Origin: Catajapyx aquilonaris
Taxonomy: Eukaryota
Reading direction: 5' to 3'
Assembly (NCBI GenBank): GCA_000934665.2
Contig: KZ538850.1
Location: 1-44,552, forward strand
Length of the DNA: 44,552 nucleotides
The notes beneath the pieces are model-generated. The model did not search any database and was not told the DNA's origin. It worked only from the letters and a program-made list of their open reading frames with translations. Position numbers and translations under genes: made by a program. How positions within the stretch are numbered: position 1 is the first letter of the stretch; each line of letters starts with the position of its first letter. Below, piece after piece: positions 12,101 through 25,069 of this stretch.

Positions 12101-14412
12101 CCTGACCTCGCAGGGATCATGGCCTTATACTCTACATTCATCCTAAAATACCACTAACGAAGGTTGGCTGATCGATAGTAAATCCAGAACAAGTGGTTGA
12201 TCCCTCTATTGTTCGGAATATTGTTACCAACAATGAACCACTGGAGATTTACTGTCAATTGCTCAGCCCCGCCAAATGGTTTTAAAACGCGATTATCATT
12301 TATTGTATTTTGAGGTTTCCTGATGTATCATGTCAGTTAGGTCCTGAACTAACTGGTAACATACATAATACTTCTGCAACTTGTTTGTTCCTTGGATAGG
12401 CGCATCATACATTCAGGAATAGCGTAAAAGGCGCATTGTTATTTTAATGTGAAATGACAAACTGGTGTAATATTGTAATATAATTATTTTCCCTGCAAAT
12501 ACTGCAACACTTTCAATTTGCCATATGCTGTGCTGAGTTTACAACGAAAACAAAAGTGACGGCAGTGGCATATAGCAAACCTTCTTTAAAAAAGTGAATA
12601 GACTGATGGCTTTCCAAGACTATATTATTGCCGTCTTTTGCGAGCACACTGTAACGACGCGCAAAAGCTCGTATTAATATTTTAACCAAACGTCAACTTA
12701 CGTAATAACTCGGCGTGTTTTTGAGCCTCACAAAATGCCCTTCACGCTTCAGAGATATATCGTACAGTAAATTCCAATGGTCTCTTCCACGTTCACTTTC
12801 TTCTTACTCGAGAGCAGTTGCAATAGGACGCCAAAGAGACATTTATTTTCGTCCCAAATTTGAAGACTATACTTGACGGAACATGCCAATAAAAACCATC
12901 TAAATCAAGAGCGCTGACAGAAAAGTGGTTATGGCTATAGTGTTTGCCCCACAAATTACGAAGAAAATTTTTTTCCACTTGACTGTTATTGCCAGAAACA
13001 GCAGGAACTACTGGAAGAACTCAAAGGCACAGGACGTAAAATACAGCTGCACATATCCACTGCTTCGCTAGAGAGGACATTTTGTTTCTATACAATTATT
13101 CCTGTTCCAAGTGTCATGTTGGCGAGACAAAGATGGAGCCTCAGAATGCACTTTATAGAAGAGGCGGCGCCGGGAGCCTCCTGCGTGCAAATTGGCGCGA
13201 ATAGGCCAACTTAATATACAATGCAGAGTAAGCACTGTCTGTCTAGTTTAGGCATTGTGTGAAATTTGTTTAATCTTCAAGGCTGTTCCAATGCATCTAT
13301 TTTGAAGCAAGTCAACACTGGTACGGTCCACACCCTCGTTGTATGCATGATGTTTGTTAGGCAAGGTTTTATTACAGTTGGACGACTGACCGACAGCTAA
13401 TGTCTCACGACTATTTTGCCTGCGTAATAATAGTTTATTTAACAATCTGCAATCAATTTTTAGCTAAGCCAAATTGACATTTTTGTAAAATATTAATCGA
13501 AAAGTAGACACCTTGGCATGGTGTCAAAAAATGAGTGCCTGTGTGTGGCACGATGTTTTTAAAAACAAAAGCCTGTTATGAATAGCTATTTGAAGTTTGG
13601 AAATAAACTACTTCAATTATTTACGCAAATGTTGACCGTCACCTGCGATGAAAATAATAGGGTGGAAATTAGGACCGCCAACAAATTCAAAACTGAGTTG
13701 AGCCCGTGAAAAGTAAGTGCCAAGGCCAATACTCGACCAATACTACCGGTATATCAAAAAGGGCCAAAATGTGGAAAAGAAATCCGTTTACAGTAAATAA
13801 TGGAAGTCCCCATTAGCCAGTCATGCAACAGTACAATTAAATGTTGACTATATCTCAAAAAGTCAGTTTTTGGCACTCACAGTCAGACCCTTTGTAATTT
13901 CCACCCATCAAATATTGCAAAACATTATTGTGCCCTGGAAAATTAATCCACTTATTCATTTTTGGACACGAATGTTCCTGTTTTACGACATCCCTCTTCT
14001 TTTCTTTTCTTTTTTTTTTTTGCGAGGAACGCCCAGTTTTCGCAGTCCATCTTTTCCAATAATACCACTTCCTTGATTTGATTTCCGACATGTGGGCCCC
14101 AATGTCTCGTGTCTACGCATACAAAAATGCAAACCCTACATGAATAATACATCCCCTTCTCAAATAATATCCCCCATATGCACAAGAACACATACCAGAA
14201 TCACAAAAATCGCACATTTGTGTCCACACTCTTCATATTCCCTCCCATCCCCTCCCCTTCGCATATATATTTTTGTTATTATTATTTTCTCACAAACGCC
14301 CTTGAGAGCGGGCGTAGAGCACGGTGAGCGGGCTTTTTACCCGTAGCCGTACAAACCGAATTGGCCTCCTGCCAAGCAGCCGCGTTTTACGGGGCGGCCA
14401 ATGTACGTGCCT

Positions 14413-14533
14413 GAGTGTGTGTGTGTGTACATGTGTGAGTGTGTGGATGTGTTTCAAGGGGGGGGGGGGGGGNNNNNNNNNNNNNNNNNNNNNNNNNNNN
14501 NNNNNNNNNNNNGGGGGGGGAGAGAGAGAGAGA
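14413..14533 (+). repeat. (TG)n, poly-G with assembly gap (14473-14511) and (GA)n upstream of the promoter
   Basis: Simple repeats are directly visible. Confidence 0.9.
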
Positions 14534-14602
14534 AGTGGAGGTTAGTGCGAGGGCTCGGAAGCGGCAGCTTATTCGGTGCTTTTTGCCGCCCGGGCTTGAT
14601 AG

Positions 14603-14718
14603 CCAATCAGAGTAGAGCCATGACGTCGAGGAGAGCCAATAGGAAAGCTAGAAAGTGACATCAGGGAGTATTTTTAGCCGCGAATATAAGCGGGTGTGTG
14701 GCGCAGGATCTCAGCAGT
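14603..14718 (+). promoter_or_regulatory. Probable Pol II promoter of the ATF3-like gene
   Basis: CCAAT 14603-14607; CRE-like TGACGTCG 14621-14628; CCAAT 14636-14640; TGACATCA 14656-14663; MEF2-like GTATTTTTAG 14668-14677; TATAAG 14685-14690; Inr-like TCAGCAGT 14711-14718, about 30 nt after TATA. Confidence 0.75.
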
Positions 14719-14921
14719 GGGCGAGTGTGCCTGAGATGTGTGACGGGGAGCCAGTGCGAAACCAGCCGGAGTTGCTATTCACCATCCTGCCAATATATAC
14801 TGATATCTTGACCGATTTGCTATCCGACTACGAGCCGCTTCCGGACAGCGTATCGCGCGAGGTGTCGTACCAGAACCGATTTGGGGTGGTGTTTGGCACG
14901 TGGATTCGTTCCGACAGAAAG
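14716..14921 (+). other. ATF3: Putative exon 1 (5' leader) of the ATF3-like gene
   Basis: GC/CpG-rich segment after TATA/Inr, ending at donor AAG|GTAAAT (GT at 14922), with an abrupt switch to A/T and G runs. Linkage to exon 2 is inferred. Confidence 0.6.
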
Positions 14922-15136
14922 GTAAATAATTTGCAAAAAAAAAAAAAAATTAACAAAAAATTGGGGGGGGCTAATATTTTATTTGGGGGTGGCTATATTA
15001 ATTAAATTTGGGTGGAAAATTGTAAATTTGGGGTTTGAAATTGGCGGGAAATTGAGGCACGTGTTTGAGCACCGGTACGGGGATCGATTGAGAGCACGTG
15101 TAGTACGGTGTTTATTATCGGATACCGGATACAATA

Positions 15137-16384
15137 TGAGCTGAAGGATTTGGTCGTATAGGATTATGGGGCGAGTTGGGTTAGGTCAAGGCGTAATAGT
15201 ATTTATTGGCTAACCCTGTTTTGTATTCATGATATCCTTAGTGATTTAATTCGAGACGTACCGACCGGTCTAATTATACGGAAGGAATCGTTATCAGTCG
15301 GGCTGTCGTCTGAGCTACAAAAATGCGGCGCCTTTCTCCATCACATATGTATACAGGGCACACATGCATATTCGATTTTGCTCTTAGGAAAGCAAAACTT
15401 GAACCCAAACCTTGGAAGTTCAGTGCCTTCTAACAGGCCAACCTCAAAATAATAGAGGTGACATTTTCAAAATGAATATTATATGACGCAAACGTAGCTG
15501 TCGTCGTCGTCTTTGTTTATTTGTTGTTGTTATTATTAAATTATTTAAAGTTGTTGTGGTTGGATATTTAATTTTTATTGCATCCCTAACCAAAGGATTT
15601 TAATAGTGATTTTTCTTTTCAATAATAAATTATAACCATGTTCGTAAGTGTCGACAAAAAATGTAAGATAGCCTACCGAATGTGATGTCACTGTATAAAA
15701 CTCGTATGCTGTCGATAGATCCTGGTTCTTAACTATATCGTTTGTGTCATATAATAACCTCAACACTACACGCCACTGCTTTACTATTAAAATGTTTAAA
15801 ATGAAGCTACTTGGCATCGCATATTTTATTTAGTATAGACCTGTTAACAATCTAAAGTCTTTTTGATAGTTAAAAAATCGGATAGTATAGTCCTCTGAAT
15901 GTGTGTCTGCACAAGAACCGGAATACTCACAGAAAACCTCAAAAATATGCTCGAAATGTTTGCTGAATATGCTATTGCTCTATACGGTATACTGTATGCG
16001 ACATGCGGCGTAAAAATCCAGTGGTTTAAAAAAGGTCGTCGTATAAATGCTTCAATATCAACTCCAGGTAAGCTGCATCGTAAACTGCTTTATAACTTTT
16101 TTATTCGTCATTTATTGACAAAAAATCAGTATGTTCATCGGTCAAGTTTAGTCTATACTGAGGTAAGTTTATATACAGTATAGGTTACAATGGATGACAA
16201 TTTTGTAGCTCAGACGACAGCTCGACTGATAACGATTCCTTCCGTATAATTAGACTGGTCGGTGCGTCTCGAATTAAATCACTAAGGATATCATGAATAC
16301 AAAACAGGGTTAGCCAATAAATACTATTGAGCCTGACCTAACCCAACTCGCCCCTAATCGCATACGACCAAATCCTTCAGATCA
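15137..16384. repeat. Long inverted repeat (~185-bp arms 15137-15322 and 16201-16384), probably a foldback/long-TIR element
   Basis: TGAGCTGAAGGATTTGGTCGTAT...GTCGTCTGAGCTACAAAA is matched by TTTTGTAGCTCAGACGAC...ATACGACCAAATCCTTCAGATCA with scattered mismatches. The spacer is about 880 bp. Confidence 0.9.
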
Positions 16385-19300
16385 CACATACAATGAAATT
16401 ATTTCATAATTCACATAACAAGAAATTTAAAAATAACCTTATGGTCTACCTGTAAGGAAATAACATAATTTCTTCAAATTAATGCCAAAGTATACTGGTC
16501 GCCTGGCTCGAAATAATTACCTATCTTTAACGAACAAAGGACCACATTTTATAGGCTTAGGAAACCTTGAATTGCTTGTGAATCTTTAAGAGTGTCGAAG
16601 ATATAATAATATTCCATCCTATACTCTGAATTAAAACTTTTTGGACCAGTACTGCCGATTTTTATTAAAGTTATACGATAAATTCAGGCACAATCATTAA
16701 ACCAGATGACTCAATTCATAATTATTTCCGAGGCCTTCGTCCCTGTTTTAGCCTCTTGATCAGTGCATATTTTTCATAAATTGTGGACAGTCACGCATTA
16801 GTGTAATTTAGTTCAAAACTTGATGGTATGAATATGGTAATACTTGTTGCGCTGTTCCAAGAGGTCCTTGATAAACTCATTCGTTATATGAAACCTCCAG
16901 AAAGTCATTGGCATTAATTACTTCTGGTCATACGACACTCCTTGATCTTTATGAATTTTACATTCGATTGGATTTATCTAAATGCGATCAGTGGAAAGCT
17001 CAAGCAATAGGCCATTTGTATTTCACTAAGGATTTCGAATCAACCGTACATAACATGATGTGTGGAGGGTTTGCGTGGACTACAGCATGGAATAAGCTAA
17101 TAATACGGTGATATAATGATATCGTTTCATAATACTGTACTATTATAGTCTATAATTTAGGCGCCATCGTGACGCCCACATTATGGGAATATGTATCAGT
17201 TTTAGAGAACATAACAACTGAACTATTTTATTGACATTCAGCAGTTGGTCTTGATGTTTCTTTACCAGACATATGTACAGTAGTATGCAAAGAGCCTAAT
17301 TATTCATATAGAAATGCGGAGTCACGATTTATACCAGAACTTTTTCCCTCTCCCCACAGTGAATAAGCAGCAACAACCGAAAGTACCATTTAATTGATAA
17401 AATATTGTACGGTAATTACCTTTCAGCAAATAAAACGTGAAATTAAGGCGTTTTAAAATTAACTACAGTATATCTCTGCCTACTATAGTTAAGAAACTCA
17501 AAGAAATCCTGATACATGCGGACGTTGTGCCGTGTAATGCATTGCTCCTGCTCCAGCATTTGCTACCCAAGTCACAGGATCGCTTCCTGAATACAAAAAT
17601 ATGTAATATTTGTACCAAATCGGGGCGAAGGTCGCTCCTTATATAGCAGGTATTCGGTCGATGGAGACTATAGCACAGTTTCAGCCAATTGAAAATTCAG
17701 GGACGAATTTAATTGTGTAAAGTAAATCAAGCCCATTGCTGTCGTTTGCACGTGCCGCATTATTTTCGGCACCATTTGTTTACTTCCGCGGAAAATTCAA
17801 ATGATGTGATCTAATAGACCATGTCCACAAGATATTACCATCAGACTTAAGTGTGATAATAAATTCTCAATATTAGATGTCACTTATATTCTGCTTCGCT
17901 TTCTGAAAAAGTTACTAGACAAGGCTCGTTAACTGTCTATAATATTATTCACTATATAACGTGAATTTCATACTTCTTTTTCCAGTAATTAATCACCACT
18001 CCCGTATAATATGTGCCTTTTGTCTTTGATTATTTTTTTCTCACTACGATGACACAGAGACGTAAACCTACCGTACCGGTCCACCCCAGTTGTATAAGTA
18101 TACTCGTACAATATATAATGTGGACCGTCTACTCCAAGATTGCATAGAAGTTTGGGCATTAAGGTATCATGGGAACATAACCATTATAACCAATCATGAA
18201 GGAGATTCTAATAAACCATGATCACTTAATTCCAAACTTCCTCTGATAGATTTGATAGAGAGCCCTTAGTCATGCAGGTGTTCAACGATGGACGAAACTA
18301 TGCAGAGGCGTATTGCAATGTACTCGTAATTTTATCCCAACATTTTGTCTAAGGTCCGGTTGCGTGACGGATAGTAAATCCAGAACAAGTGATTAATCCT
18401 ATATGGATACTGGATTTAACATCGATTACTCAACTTGCCCTAAGTCTTGGTTGTATAATATTGTTTGGAGAACCAAATACATCCGCTCCACATATTTTTA
18501 TACTTCTCGACGGGAATTTTTGCCTACATCCGGATGCTCGGCAAGCTATAATTAAGCTACTATAACTGAGTCTGAGACAGCACATATTCAAAGGACCAGA
18601 CCTCTCCAAACCCCGCAGTTTATTTTTTCCACCAACAACTCATCTGGATCCCATACAAGAATAAAGTCAAGGTTTTAATGCCAATTCGCAAAAAATTAAT
18701 GTTCTATATAACCAGTCATTAATTGCGATAATTTCAGTGCGTTGTATTACAATTAATGCACGTTAATGCACTTTCAATAACCTGGCCTTATATGTTGAAT
18801 ACATCTGAATAAAGGGCAGTTCATGCAAATACAAAAATGAATTTTGAACGCAGCAAGAGTGTGGTGTAGTGCCGCGTTGCATGAATTAGTCGCGCTTGTG
18901 CTTGACGGCGGAGGTGTACCGGACAACGGGTGGATGTATTCATGTGTAGGCTCTACACGTACTAAAAACCCCACACGTGCATACGCGGAGGTGGTTGTGG
19001 TCCGCCTACCAAATTAGGTTTCCAACCCCCTAGACTCCCATATGTCTTCCTTAGGCCCACTCATTGTGTAACTTGGCCGACCAACATAGCTCAACACTTG
19101 GCGGAAAACTAGAGATAAGAGAAAAGGAATCGCCACAATAAAACTACCGCATTGCCTTGTTGGCGAAGCGCAATTGTCGATTCGAGCTCACAGTGTATTT
19201 ACCAAGTATTTACAAAACATTTTGACCGTATCCTTGCTGATGTAAGTCGGTTCTGTTTGGCAATTAAGCCCTTTCAAACAGAAGAATATATTAATCCGGC

Positions 19301-21445
19301 TGACCCTAGAAATCGTTAATAACTATTACAAAGGAGCTCATTGTGACGTGGCTTAATCTGAGCGAGAAGTATGCCTAATCCATCATTCACACGTGACATG
19401 AGGCGTACCGGGGGCTGGAAAAAGGAGACATAAATTCGCACCGCGGCACGCATAAATACTCCATTCCAAAGGGTTTCTCCTTGAGACTTGATATTATGGC
19501 CGCACCCTTCCCCCTTGCATATTACTGCTTCGTCAGGATTTTCCTCCTTATAAGATCAAATGTCACATTGCTTCGGGCTTTGTATGCCATATATTGCATA
19601 TAGGTCGGCTCAAGCTCTAAGGCAGTTTATCCATTGTTTATGCATACGGGAATGGAAAGTGTACAGATATTAAAACGTTTGTTGTTTTCAGTATTTATGA
19701 AGTTATTGTAAGGCATGTAATGCATATGGTGGAATATGACCACTGATGTACCTTCCATTTTCTGACCAACTGAGGTCCGGCTCCAGCGGTCCTATTCATA
19801 AGGCAAAGTACATAGGTTTCTAAAGAACACAGACAAAGCCGCCAACGTTATCGCCCCTGTCGGAGTACCTACTCTGAGATAAGTTCTAAACAGGATTAGC
19901 TATCATTTTATGTCTTATCTTTTCATTCATGTTACCTTATCAAGCCGTCATAAATATATGTGACAGCTGGAAAATGGAGCACTAGGTGAAAAAGAATCAT
20001 CCATAGAATATTCTGTTTTCGACGAGAAATCCTGTTTAGGTTACAGTAGCCGATGTGAGACTTTAATTTTTATTGTCAAAATATTGAGAGGGGTACCCGT
20101 CTTCAAGGCGATTGGGAATTTGCAGGGTCGTAACTGCCACTAACAGTCCTTTGAGATCTCAAGGAACTATAGTAGCATGAACCTGTTTAGGCTCCCAAAC
20201 TAGTGAGAGATGAATTGGACGTCGGTGGCGTTAAAGGATCCGCGTTTTATGACTTTTTCTTAGGACTAATCCTTGGCATTCCTGCCGGCAACCGTAACGG
20301 CCACTTTGGGCATTTTTGGCACATGCATCGTTACTGATGTTTGCTATGCTAGGCCTACATTAAACGCTGGTAATTAGGACCCCACAGCGAGATGTCCTCC
20401 CCACTTCTGCCCGAATTAAACTGGGGTAATATATAGGTGTCACGAGCAAGGAGAGCTTATAGTAGACAGAAAATCGACTCACGCAAACAATGTTGGTTTA
20501 CACTACAATATGCATATATGAGGAGGAAATAAACACCGTGTTGATATAGATTTTGCAATGTGAGCTTATAGTGTCAAATTCTCAATCACTGACACTATAA
20601 TTTATTAATTTATTATACTCTTGGGTACAAAATTAGAAAATGAAACAATATTACAATGCGCAATTTCCATTGTGAGTAATGAATGTTTATGGGAGGCAGA
20701 ATGGATTGCAGCTAGAGCCACAACTGGCAAGAGATATTCGAAGGATAATTTCAGCGACGTGGAACAAATGTCTGGATGATCCTGATTGAATGATCTGAAA
20801 TGAGTAAATAGGGAGGCTGGGTGCTGGAGCAGAATGTGCAGTGAAAAGGGAGACGGATGGTTAGGGCGGAGTAGCTGTGAATATTTTTAGTTCGCGAAAA
20901 GCGGAAGTGGAAATTCTCTAGGCCAATCGATTGGCGCCAGTAATACTCTGGGTGTCGCTGTACCCGTACGATTAATAAACGCATTACGAACATGCTCTGA
21001 TTGTCAGCATTCCCGAGTTTTATTTTTACACCGAGATGTGTGACATATACAGAGCACGACGTGTAGATTGCTCCACGTAATTGGCATTGTGATTTGCCTA
21101 TTAGCATAGTAATGCCCCGCTCGTTTGTTTTGACGTGGGCGGAAATGTGCAATGGAATCTGAAGTCGACGGGTACAGATGCTGCATGCTAATCGGGCCAA
21201 AACTATGTGTAATCTATGCATTATTCAGAAGTCTGGTCCAGTCCCTCAACTGCTTCTTCCTTCGTTCTAGTTCTCTTACATTTTGTACCTTGGCCTCTTT
21301 GCATACCTGCATTGCTCGATTCATAATCAAGTACGCCATTTGCATGAAGAAATTGCAAAGCCAGGCTGGCATCAAATTTCCTGTCCCTCCAAACTTGATT
21401 CTCCTTGTTTCCGTATATATACTGTATAGTCGAGGTCCTTCCTAA

Positions 21446-21720
21446 GTGCTAGTCCCTGCGTCGTCGCTTATTGTGTTGTCATGCGTACGGACCGAGAAAC
21501 TTCCCGCTGTGTTTTTCTATATTTGGTATAGCACCCCGAGGAAATATTACCATTGGAGGCATAAGGACACATCGCAACGTCCCTCACAAATTGAATGCAG
21601 TCACGCTGAAGAGTTTCCTCTCCTGCTGAATAACATGTTTGGTCAGGCCGCAAGTGAGAAAAGGATTAAATGTGGGGCCTATTGCAAACATGGACATCAG
21701 ACATGAACGAGACAGATTCA
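21446..21720 (+). pseudogene. Decayed non-LTR retrotransposon ORF1 (gag-like zinc knuckles) relic
   Basis: The translation SLIVLS..TEKLP..YSTPRKYYHWRHKDTSQRPSQIECSHAEE..IKCGAYCKHGHQT resembles an eroded triple CCHC pattern of I/Jockey-type ORF1. Confidence 0.4.
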
Positions 21721-24700
21721 TCTCTGAAAATTCCGCTTCCGGGTACGAAAAGGACCGCCAAACTGTTTTTACACCTCCAACTGGAGGAGCCAGGATGGTC
21801 CTCGGCAACATAAAGAGCGAAACTAATATACAGAAAAAAAATATCTAGAAAATCCTTGGCCTCCTTCCTGCGCAAGTTGTGGCTCACGAAAGTCTCCTTC
21901 TTCGTGAAAGGAGCATTTGTGCGCAGGGGAAAAGATGAGCAGGAACAAGTTGCTTGGATGTACCTCGGTCCTGCGACCAATAAGTGAGTTGTCACGATTC
22001 GTGAGACATTCCGCAAGGACGTACCTAAGGTCGCAACAATCACAACTGTTATGTCTGCGATATTTCATTTGACATCACACGTGATTGCCATCGTAGTTGA
22101 GTCCGGGAAAAATTAAGGCCGAACCACCATTAGGGGATTTGACCACCAAAAGGACGCTGGTTATAAATTGTGCTTTTGTCGATGACGGTGGTGGAGTTCC
22201 ACTCTTCCGGACATTTACAGTCGTGGCCTACAATGAATGCCGAGGGGAGGAGGCTTCCATCCATCAGTGATCATATGTTCAATTACTTTGTGATTTATCA
22301 GGGAGTAAAAATCATTAATTTATCCAAGAAAGCCAGCCTTGGGGCTGACGGTGGATGATGTAATTGTTGGCCCATAAATAAGCACGTATAATTTTTAATT
22401 CGTTAGTGTGATTTATTTCGTATTGAACTATCAGGCTACCAGACAAGCCCATCGAGTTCAATGTCTTCTGAGTTTATCGCGTCATAAATTCCATGGCGAA
22501 ATTTTTCCAAATGTACACTATTGTTAATGATCACGTTTAGTTTGACTTCAGTGTTTTACTGCCGATTGGTTTAGTGTAGTCTGATTACGTTCTATCTCAC
22601 GCTTCTTATAGTATGAGCTCTTGGCGTGTTTTTTTACGAGTGGACTTTGCCATTAGTTCTGTTTGAATGAAAGGTCAACCATCACTGCGTTCACGCCCAG
22701 ATTATAAATGCTAGTCTAAATATAGGCTTTCGTTCAGTTCTAGACTTCCGTGCCACCTGCCGATAGTACACTTTTATAGTCTTCTTTACCATGAAAACAA
22801 GACATCTAAACTTCCATGTCATATTTTAACTAGGCTAGGTAGGCTAATTACAGTACTGCCACATGTAATATTCGAATATGCCGAATGTTCTTGAGTGATA
22901 ACTATTACTTTGAAAGTGCAAAATATGTGCTACTACAGCATTGCAGTCGTGTTCTTGTGCTCCATTGTGAAGCTCTATATCTGCCCTCATTTGTATACCA
23001 GGAAAGAGGACAGTGCCGATTAGAGGCCGGACTGCACATAATCACTAGCCGGGGAAAATCCAAACCACCATTACTCGCTTTTCCGTCGAAAAGACCAATC
23101 AGCTGATTCACTCTCCAAATACCATCAGTCATTTGAATTTTTCCTTATTCCCATACCCCTGCCCACCCCCGCCATCCTTACAACCTTCTTCCTGTTTGAG
23201 AAAGGGCGGATAATTGAGAATAAATTGCATTACTTCTTCTGTAACAGATGTGGGGAATTAGTCTGGCACCGCTCCCTTCAAACCATCTGGAAGCAGACGC
23301 AAAAAAGGTAATGGAGATGGGCAATGGGAAGGATTCAAAAAAACATTCTAAAACAAACAAAGAAAAAAAACCCCTTCTGCCCCAGGAAAATTAGGGTGAG
23401 CTTGGCAAAGAAAGTCTGGTCCACTCCACTACCTTATGAATTATTACCCACTCGTATTTATTTTTCTGCTTCATGGAAGATGAATCTGCATCTAGAGACG
23501 TGGATTTTTTTAAAGAGATAAAAAAAAGAAGGCCTGGAGGCATTATTCTCTCATGCAATGTGGTCTGACAAGGTGTTTCATGTGGAAGTCGTCCAGAGTT
23601 CCAATCTGAAGTGACCATTTAGCCTGTCCCCGCGGTGATAGCTGCGGGGCAAATGTTACCACGATTTGTTTTCCTGCGAGTTCGGCAACCTTCCCGACTC
23701 CCTTGCAGTGTGGGTGGACCTACTTTTAGGCAGGGCTCACCATCCCATCCCATTCATCACAACGTTTTACGTCATGTAAAAAAAATCCATGTCATCAGCG
23801 ATACCCTGCTCTGTTTCGATATGATTCCAATTGTTGCCTACTGATATCCCATATTTTGTCGGCCTTGATGGAACATTAATATCCGATAGCTATTCTGGCA
23901 GAATTACAGAAACCATGGAGCTGCCGCAGTGAACAGGTCCGTATCTTTACACTTCATATATCTTTTCGCATATCCTCCTGGTGACACAGCCTTCGATGAT
24001 GCTGGGAAGTGAATAACAAGCAAGGGGGTACAGAAATAACAAGTAGGGCTGTGTGCGTGACATGCAGCTGTTGTCGCACCCGGAGAATCCTGTCAAAACT
24101 GTTAATGCCGCACCTGTTGCTAGCAGTTCCTTTGGACCTCCTAGCCGCTTTTTTTTTTAAAGAAGAAGAAAAAGAACGCGTAGGCAGGCCCAATTTTGAC
24201 CGATGCAAAAGTCCACCCCCATCAATGTTTATGGAACCTGGTTTCCTGTGCAAGTTGCCAACTCTTAGGGACAGCCATGTTTTCCTTTGGCTCCATCACG
24301 TGTGTTTTTGGTGGGGTTGTGCGAATTTGCAAGTGTCGTGGGGAGGACACGCGGCTTGTTCAAAAACCTCGAAGCTGTACTGTCTAATTGGCTCCCTCCG
24401 CAAATAGAGGCTGCAGCACGGGCTGCCAACCCAAATGGTTTGGCAACAAGAAAGAGGAGGAAAAGTGGAAGAATGCGGCCGGTACTTCCGCTCTGGCTAC
24501 AAGATTGATAATGACAGGTCTCTTCCGCTTTAATTAATTGGCGCTTTACACAAAAAATAGTGGTGGGGGAGGAGGCAAGGTGAAAGGAAAGGGCGTGTTC
24601 CTCTTCCCATACCGTGGTCCAGGCCACAACTTTCAAGGTGATACAGGCAGACCTTGCGGAGGTTCAAAATTCTGGTGGATTTGGGTCGTGTGATTAATTT

Positions 24701-25069
24701 GCGTATAGGGCATACATTCCTGTTGAATTATTTCGGAAGCGGTCACTTGCAGTGTGGTGCAGCATGACTCGTAATATGGGAGTGGACTCCCTGCTTTTAC
24801 ACAATGGAATGTAAAACGCAAGCTGTGTGTGGCATAAAGTTTGCTTTAGGGCATGAAACTCGAAGCCGTAGCCTGAACTTCATTCTCCTGTACGAAGCAG
24901 TACCCCGAAGTTTACGAAAGCTGGCGACAGTTTGGGTTTCTGGTTAATTACTTGAGTGGGAGGTACAAGTTTTCGCGATATACGTTCAGTGCCATTGTTC
25001 TTGTCCAAGGGTATGGGGCTGAACAAGTTGGTGGAAGAAAAGGGTATTACCATGTACGACCCGTGGGCC

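Noticed and set aside
14603..14622. ERSE (CCAAT-N9-CCACG)
   Set aside because: The sequence is CCAAT-N10-CCATG, so both spacing and core mismatch.
14655..15005. 116-aa ORF as an independent gene
   Set aside because: Starts at GTG inside the promoter and runs into poly-A/poly-G intronic sequence. Only the part from ATG 14736 to the donor is considered, as a uORF.
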